A stretch of DNA of 60,111 bases, the filler included, from Basidioascus undulatus (Eukaryota): NCBI GenBank assembly GCA_000826855.1. It is 3 parts of 3 records of this genome, joined end to end, with 100 filler letters (N's around TTAATTAATTAA, not from the genome) between each part and the next. Parts side by side here need not be neighbours in the genome. Positions count along the whole stretch, not along the records: positions 40,154 to 60,111 come from JTLS01000389.1; 2 more parts are not named here. One strand, given 5' to 3'. Both the position numbers and the translations under genes were made by a program. The notes beneath the pieces are model-generated. The model searched no databases. It was not told the origin of the DNA and worked only from the letters and a program-made list of their open reading frames with translations. Of this stretch, positions 53,031 to 60,111 are shown in pieces (within the stretch, counting starts at the first letter, position 1; every line of letters begins with the position of its first letter).

Positions 53031-55107
53031 CGCGGCGGCGGTCGGTCACATGTACTCTTTCTAGATTCTCTTTCTGCTCGTCACTGTGTCTAATATGTGA
53101 CATCGTCTTTTATTATGTCCGGTGGTCTGGGTGTACGCCAAATGAAACCAGAAAGTGATGTTATTGATTGGTCCGTGCAAGGTTAGATCACATTGCTCAC
53201 TTCGCTCATGCCAGTGTGCCTTTTCAGGGAATCTTGCCGCCGAGTGCACTCAAGCCCTCTGGGGAATACTGGGGGCTAGGGAAGCTACCAGTTGGAGAGA
53301 AGACGTATCAGGCTTTGGAAGTGCAAGTCGGTCGAGGTATGGCAAGCATCGTATTTGCCGGTGTCTGCCTCGCCCACCAACTGGACGCCTAACCGCCCAG
53401 TTTGCCTTTAATACGTAAACCCTATCTCAAGACCTTTTGAGGATTTTACAGTACATAGTAGAGGCTGTGGGGCTCGCTCGAGCAACTCCAGCACCCCTCG
53501 AGGCCTCAAACTTTGAACTATCCTGCCGTGTTCCTTCGCTTCTCTCCAAACACCCACCAGCAACCTTAAAAAAGCTTAATACATTCTTACTTAAAGCCAC
53601 CCTTCCACCCAAATCATCCAAGCGCGCAAACACCACATGCCTGTCGCAGTAGCTGTAAGGGAGAGCAGAGCGCTTCAATGCCAACGCGCCTCGCGAGAAG
53701 CGGGAGGCCGCTCATAGTGCTTCCTGTGTTTGCGACTATTTTTGTACGGATGTAAATTATATTCAAGTATTCGAGTGTAAATGTGCATAATGGGGAAATC
53801 AGAGGGAGAGATGGAAGGGTAAGAGGCGGCGTGCAGGCTGGTCCGAGAATCCACTTCACATTTCATCGCCTCGGCACCCAGGCGGGTTGAGCATTGAATC
53901 GGTTAGCTGGATGGATCGCATTATTCGAATAATTAGATTAGAACCGAAGTTCGCCATTGTCTGCGAACGATTAACCTCCCGTTGACTACCCGGGACCTCG
54001 TGCCTCGTGGACAGCGTCGTCTGCCCCACCGCTTTGCGCTCGCACTGAGCAGCAGACGGTATGCAAAAGCGCCTTGTTACGTCTTGGCATGCAGCAGTGA
54101 GAAGTTGCCTCTGTACGGGCTTTCGGAGGAGTGTGCCGCAGTAAGAGTCGGAGGCCAGCTTCCTGTTCATGGTGGGAGACGCTCCTGACAAGTCCAGGCT
54201 GAGCTGTCTGCAGCGTTGCGCCCCTGCCCCTACCTGGTAGGTTAGGACGCTCCTACTCTTAGGGGTAGGACTTGGGCACGATGTTGGAGCTGGGGGAAAG
54301 AAGAAGGATGGGAGCAGGACTCGGAGCGCGAGCAATTGCCCCACGGTCACTCGCAAACAAGCGCCTTCGCTATAGCCCGATGTCGTCGTTGATATTCAAG
54401 ATCACAGAAAGTGGGTAAAGAAGTTTGATCAGGTATTATGGAAGAACGGCTCGACGTCGAAACGACTGAACACGTCGCGCACGCGCGCAAAGATAAATTG
54501 CGGGACGCGTCTGCATTGACAGGCGTCCTGTTGCCCACGTCCACCCTCCATACCAAAGCACCTTCCGCAAGCGGCCAACAGTCTCTCCGGCTTTTTGATA
54601 TCAAATGCATCAATTGACGACTTTGGAAGCAGTCCATCGCCGTGAACGCAAGTGAACGCATGCGACGCAGGCGCCACAAAGTGACGTGACGTGACAGCTC
54701 CTCCCTCCCCGCTGCGTGCGACCATCCCAAAAGCGGCAATCGCGCGCGTCATGCGTGACATGACAGCACTCAAGCTCCATCTGCCACATGCCTGCCAGTT
54801 TTCCCGCGCCCTTGCGCTGCCCATAAGAACGTCCTTCAACCTGCCCCCTCGCTCTCTCGTTCCCTCGTTCGACCACCAACGACCGCCAGCCGACAAGACG
54901 ACAGGTTCGCAAGTCCGCAAGTCCCCGCCTACCGTCCCGCCCTTTTCGCATCTTCGACACTCAGCGCTAGCCGCTCTCAACCAACGACGACATCGACGAC
55001 TGGCTCATCGACATCGACCGACTTCCATTCACCCTCGATTCGACCACTTCGCCCCGCGCTTCCCCCTCCCACCGCCCGCACCACCCCCACCCGCCAACAA
55101 GCCAACC

Positions 55108-55425
55108 ATGCGTTCCCCCCTCTACCTCCTCGCCGCTGTCACCCTCCTCCTGGCGCTCTGCAGCTCCCACTCCACCGCCCTCCCGCTCGCGTTCCCCGCC
55201 GCCGGCGCAGCAGCCGCCGCGCTCGTCCCCGTCGCGGCATCCACCGTCCCGCCCTCCGGCCCCGCGCAGGCGCCCAACGCGCTCACCGCGTTCAAGCAGA
55301 AGCTCTTCGGCGCGGAGGGACGGCGGCTTACGCGCCGCGTGAGTGGGAAGAGCAAGGGTCAGGGGAAGGCCAAGCGCGCGCTGACGGGGCCGCACTCGGC
55401 TCGGCGGATGAGGGCGCATGTTTGA
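55108..55425 (+). CDS. Small secreted protein (105 aa) with strongly basic C-terminus
   Basis: MRSPLYLLAAVTLLLALCSSHSTALP signal peptide, good ACCATG context, GC-rich codon usage like the core genes, intronless. Confidence 0.7.
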   Translation: MRSPLYLLAAVTLLLALCSSHSTALPLAFPAAGAAAAALVPVAASTVPPSGPAQAPNALTAFKQKLFGAEGRRLTRRVSGKSKGQGKAKRALTGPHSARRMRAHV

Positions 55426-57399
55426 GCGGGGGGAGAAGGGGGTGCGGGCAGGCGGGGACCGTCAGCGGAGGGCAGGAGGAGGCAGGGGCGCAGGACTGCC
55501 CACCTTCGCTTCGGCTTTCTACTTCATCTTCTTCTCGCGGACACTGGACACTCGGACTCGGACTTGTGCTCTTGAACTCTTGTATGGCTGGTTGGCTGGA
55601 TTGGGGCGGGGGAAGGAGGAGGGTAGAGCGGGACGGTATCATTATCGTAATTTGGCGGGCGCGGCGGATGTTTGCATCGGATCGCACTTACTCTTGACTC
55701 CAGGGATGCTGTGGGCGTACGCCTCTTCTGCTCCGACACACTTAAGTATGAGGCGAGCGCCAAAACCCGCGAAGCAGGCAGAGTTGTAATCAACACCCGG
55801 GTCGACCAGTACAACCGTAGCACGTCGCCTGCGTGAGCCTCCCCTACCCGGCTCGCCCTGCTGTTCTATTGCTGCCCAACGCCTGTAGACTTTCTTAGTG
55901 CAATAAGGGGTTCCCGCTAGGAATAAGAGCAGGGGGCAGTAGCGAAGGACACAGAAAAGGGCGCAGCCGCATCTGCGGGCTTCGCAAGCCGAGGCTTCGG
56001 GAGTACTTCAGCGCGCCCAAACTTCGACCACTTCCTTTCCCTTTCCCATTTCTGGGATGCTAATTAAGGATGAGAATGAAAGATGCGGCTGCAGAACCGC
56101 ACCGCCCGAGCGATGTCAGAGGTATACGCTTAGCGGCTTAGGTATGTGCCACAGCGTTGATATAGCAAAACGAGTACCTGACCTCACTTCCTCACCCAAA
56201 GAGAAAAGCAGCTTCAACAGCCTGTCGCGGTAGAAACTATGATGCTCGGTTACGACGACTCTCGTCCCCGAGGCCTTGGGATGCAATTTCAGCCTCAGTC
56301 GTGGCAACCTGCCCAGATCCCGGCCGGCCTTGGCTGCCCGGCTCTCATCACCTCCCAAGTGAAAAAGCTCTCACAGAGAATAATTGACCCTGGATTCCGT
56401 CGAGGAGTTTGTAAGGGGAGCGGGACGGAGTCTGAGGGCAGCAACAGCCATTGTTACTGCCTGTTCGGTATGCCGGTACTGTGGGTTGCCTCAAACCCGA
56501 TCACTGCGTACGGGTTCCTCAAGCATGCTGCATTTCCATTAGAAATAGGGTGAGTTGGTCCTGATCTGGCATCACTTTGAACAAATCAGTCACCCTTCGA
56601 CAGCACTTTCACAAGGGGTAAAGAAGGCGTGTGCCCCGCTCGGAAAGATCCGTACGCAGGGATGACCAGATACTTCATGAGCTGTCAGAAAGAAAGAGCT
56701 GGGTCATGGTGGGAACGGACACGCTAACTGACCATGCCTACGTAGCTGACATCGAGGTCTCCGGCTTTCATCCTGACGGAAATACACGCTCAGTTTTTGT
56801 TATGATTTTCATTTGTACCGGAAAGGGTACCTTTCATGTTTTCCAGCCAATGTCCTTTGTGCCTCGACCTCCCCCTATGTCTGCCTGAAAGCGTAACATG
56901 TCCGCGACGCTCGGTGAGGGTGCTGCTAGATCAGGAGCAATGGAACACATTCTCTCGCCCCCTGCCACCCAATTTTCGGCATAAACGACTAAGAGGAGGA
57001 AGATCACAGGCGAATGCATCCTGCACTAGCCTACGCACGAACACCGAAGGGAGGGAACACGGGAACTGCAATTCGGGACGACCTGAAAATCAAATAAATG
57101 TGAAAATGCCCGTCTCTACGAGCAATGTTTATGAAAAGATCATCACGGAATCGAAAGGTCAGAGTGTGTTTCAAATATATGTGGGGCTAGGCGAAGTAAC
57201 GCCGTCCTAAACGCATCTGAGAGCGACTCACATCAGCCCTGTTTTCCATTGTACCTCTCATGGCTGTGTATGAGAGGCGGTTTCACATGAGCACGGCCAG
57301 GACACACCCAACCAAACCTTACAGCGTCCACACAGCACCCACGGTAAAAGAGGAAGCTCAACAGGCAGAGACTTTCCATGGACAAGCACGAATTAGGCC

Positions 57400-58150
57400 G
57401 GACTACATGGGCGGGTGCAGTTCCTTCCTATTGTACATCACCGCTACTCCCCGCATGGCAAAGCGCTTTGCAACATCATTGACCTCGCCGGACAGACTCT
57501 CATGGTCGCCAGAATTTGCGCGGAGTTTGACACATTTAAGTGATGGGAAAGCGCCATGAAGGAGATGTTCGGGCCCCTGCATGAGGCCGACCTCCCGCTC
57601 GTGCAAATAGATGTCAAGCTGAACCAGCGAAGGGGGACAGGCTGCAATGCGGTGGCGCTTGGGCGTGCATGCTTATTCACTAGATTGCGAAGCGCAACGA
57701 GATGTCCGATAACGTTGATATAATCAGGGAACCTGTATTCAATAAAAATGTCGAGCTCGGTAAGATTGGTAAGATTGTTGAATGCGAGCGCATGCAACGT
57801 CACAATCCCGCTAGGCAGGATTGAAAAGCAGGCCTGCTGAAGGGACCGGGTAAACGAGAGGACGTGTGATAAGAGCGTCTTGTCGAAGCTCTGGGTTTCT
57901 GAGTTTGAGAGCACAATGAGATGTCGAGTGTATCGAAGGGGCTGACGCCCTGCGAGATGGAGTCTGACAAGGAGAAGGTCGAACGACCGGATCGCGGGTT
58001 CTTCATCAACGAAGACCGCCTGGTACCGATGTGGTTCAGAGCTGAGCGGCAGGTAAGGAATGAGGAGCGTCACAGTCGTGTCGCACTATAATGCTTCATC
58101 GGAGGTCTTGAGGGGTACGGAGATGACTCACGTTCGCGACACAAGCGCGA
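57400..58150 (-). pseudogene. LRR-like gene remnant
   Basis: FNNLTNLTELDIFI, HLVALRNL and AFPSLKCVKL lie in discordant frames. Confidence 0.35.
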
Positions 58151-59442
58151 TGGAATGGCCTGTAAGATGAACACCAGTACGGCCGAGACGGCGGTTGACG
58201 TAGCCGCCGATAGCAAGCTCAAAAATATGCGACCAGACCTCGACTGGTAGCTGAGGAGCCGACATTGGTGAAAGAGTGGAGGAGGTTGACGGGGAACTTG
58301 AGGGAGGTGATGATGGCGCAGCCTCCTTGCGGTCTCCGCTGCCTGGTCATCGGCCCTGCGGTGTTCAGGTGCTCCTCACATTCATATCGGTGCTCCGCAT
58401 GCTCCAACCTGTGTGAAACAGTCCTTTTTTCGCTCATGAACGGCGCTATCGGTAGCGTGCATTATCTTTGCTGTTCTGCGTGAGGAGCACCCAACCGCCA
58501 CAGAGCGGGAGTGAGCAGAACGTTGACAAGGCTGTACTGGAGTATAGGCTATTCACTGAGTATAGGCGATTCACTGTAAGGAGTAGTTGCTGTGCGATCT
58601 GCCAATCACCGTTGTACAGCCCAGCTGCAGCTGACGGCTTGGTACCGGCTCGATCATAACTTTCACTGTTCCGTGCTATTACACTTTCCGGCAGCAAAAA
58701 ATTGGCCGTCCCTACAATTTCATTTCACTGAGGACAATCTCGCAGCTATACAATAATGCACTTCGCCGGTTTTGCCCTTTCAGGAGAGGGGGGAAGGGTT
58801 TAACATATTTATCTCCTACCACCGTGCGAAGAGGTGGTCAAAAGTAGAAGGAATTTTGTACGTTCCAAATTGCGTGCCCAATTGACCTGCCCCAGCTAGT
58901 ATGAGAAATCTCGTGCATCCGGAATGAAGTACGGAATGCACTACACGCTGCGCGCAGTGATCTCTACCTCCAAAATCGAAAATGCTGGAAAGGTAGCCCT
59001 AGGATCCTTCTGGAATAAATACGTCTGTTAAAGAATATTTTGACAGTCAACGCCAATCTCCAATAGTCTAATACAAGCGTTGGGACCCCTTGAATGACCT
59101 ACCTTTGGCCACAGCTTATGGGACATAATAAATTTGGATTTGGACAATGCAGCAGTCGCTACACTGGCCCTTTCCTATTTAGATGCAACCAAATCTGACT
59201 AAATAAACACCTTTGAAAGGTCCCCCATACATTTTGTGAACTGCCTACAGCATAAGGCGTGCGAGAACGAGTCAAACACTGGTACAAACACGAACGAGGC
59301 ATCACCACTCCTCTCTTTGAATCTCCTCGGGGACATAGCTTAGCAGGCAGCTCGGGAGTCCCGGGAGTAAGATCTAGCACTTGTTGAAGTTGAATAGGGA
59401 TTTGGATTTGATATACAAAGAATGCGGAAGGTGGAGCGTGTA

Positions 59443-59520
59443 GCTTGGCTGGGGTAGTGGTAACCTGGGTCGTTGCCATCCGATCTCGACCCGCCCCGTG
59501 TTCGATTCACGGGTCAAGCA
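59443..59520 (+). tRNA. tRNA-Gly(GCC) with 7-nt intron (59479-59485)
   Basis: Acceptor GCTTGGC/GTCAAGC; anticodon arm GGTCG-TT GCC A[TCCGATC]T-CGACC; T arm CCGTG-TTCGATT-CACGG; T4 and T5 runs downstream. Confidence 0.9.
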
Positions 59521-59589
59521 ATGTTTTGAACTTTTTGCCCTGAGCGTGAGCATTTGGGCTGCTTGGGGTCTCTCCCGAGACACGGTGAA

Positions 59590-60111
59590 TCAGTTCGTCA
59601 AGCGTGCTGCAAGCCGATAGAGTCTTCGACGGTACAAATCGGGTGGTTGTAGTAGTTTCAGGCCAGACAACAAGTCATTCGGGGTTGCAGCGCTACATGC
59701 GCTTGCAATCAACAATCGTAACACTCTTGTAGGTTTAGTTTCCATCGAATCGGAGTTGTCTGAATGCCTCAATGCGTCTAGTTGCCTTCGCAGTCTGAGG
59801 ATCAGCATGCGTGAGGACGCGACGCCACCGCCGTCTCTCCGCCCTTCGAGCTTCCACCGAAGAGGCCTGCATCCGCAACCTCCCCATCAGGATCGCCGCG
59901 CTGCACACGCTCGCGATGAACAATCGCAAAACTCGTAGACTTCGACTGCTTTGCCGAATCTGATTTCTCACAGTACTTCAACGTCATGTGTCATGTCCCT
60001 GGGCTTCGTAACCTGGCGATCGTCATGCTCGACGCAGAGCTACCACCGTCTATCCCACCCATCGAGCATCGCTAGTTGCGCAATCTCAAAATTGATACCC
60101 AGCTCTCGACG
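59590..60111 (-). pseudogene. Degenerate repeat-containing (LRR-like) gene remnant
   Basis: Two similar segments, RVLRLFIASVCSAA and RVLRLLIASACSAA, in different frames. Confidence 0.3.

Noticed and set aside
59300..59440. Possible structured ncRNA upstream of tRNA-Gly (CTCGGGAGTCCCGGGAG hairpin)
   Set aside because: It is a single short hairpin with no recognisable RNase P/MRP, snRNA, SRP or 5S motifs. An Rfam search would be needed.

Overview
GC-rich, intron-dense fungal DNA, most likely from a basidiomycete yeast (inferred from intron style and gene content). The window is not one locus. It is three pieces (1-19977, 20078-40053, 40154-60111; 19977, 19976 and 19958 nt) joined by identical artificial 100-nt N44-TTAATTAATTAA-N44 linkers. 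Piece 1 holds a complete telomerase reverse transcriptase (TERT) gene with about 26 introns, head-to-head with the splicing factor SNU23/ZMAT2. It also holds a DUF6534-like membrane protein, F-box/LRR-like genes, a SCOC homologue, a complex I 21.3 kDa (NUZM/NDUFA7-like) subunit, an MDR reductase, tRNA-Glu and a possible LTR edge. Piece 2 holds UDP-glucose 6-dehydrogenase, a WW-domain protein, GDP-L-fucose synthase, tRNA-Ala, a copper-fist transcription factor, a partial GT71 mannosyltransferase and several pseudogenes. Piece 3 holds a MysC-like ATP-grasp gene, a secreted four-repeat protein, a P450 pseudogene, tRNA-His, tRNA-Gly and more F-box/LRR relics. The most striking observation is that the MysC-like gene is intact but its catalytic D and ExNPR residues are all replaced. 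All gene models were spliced and translated by eye and no database search was run.
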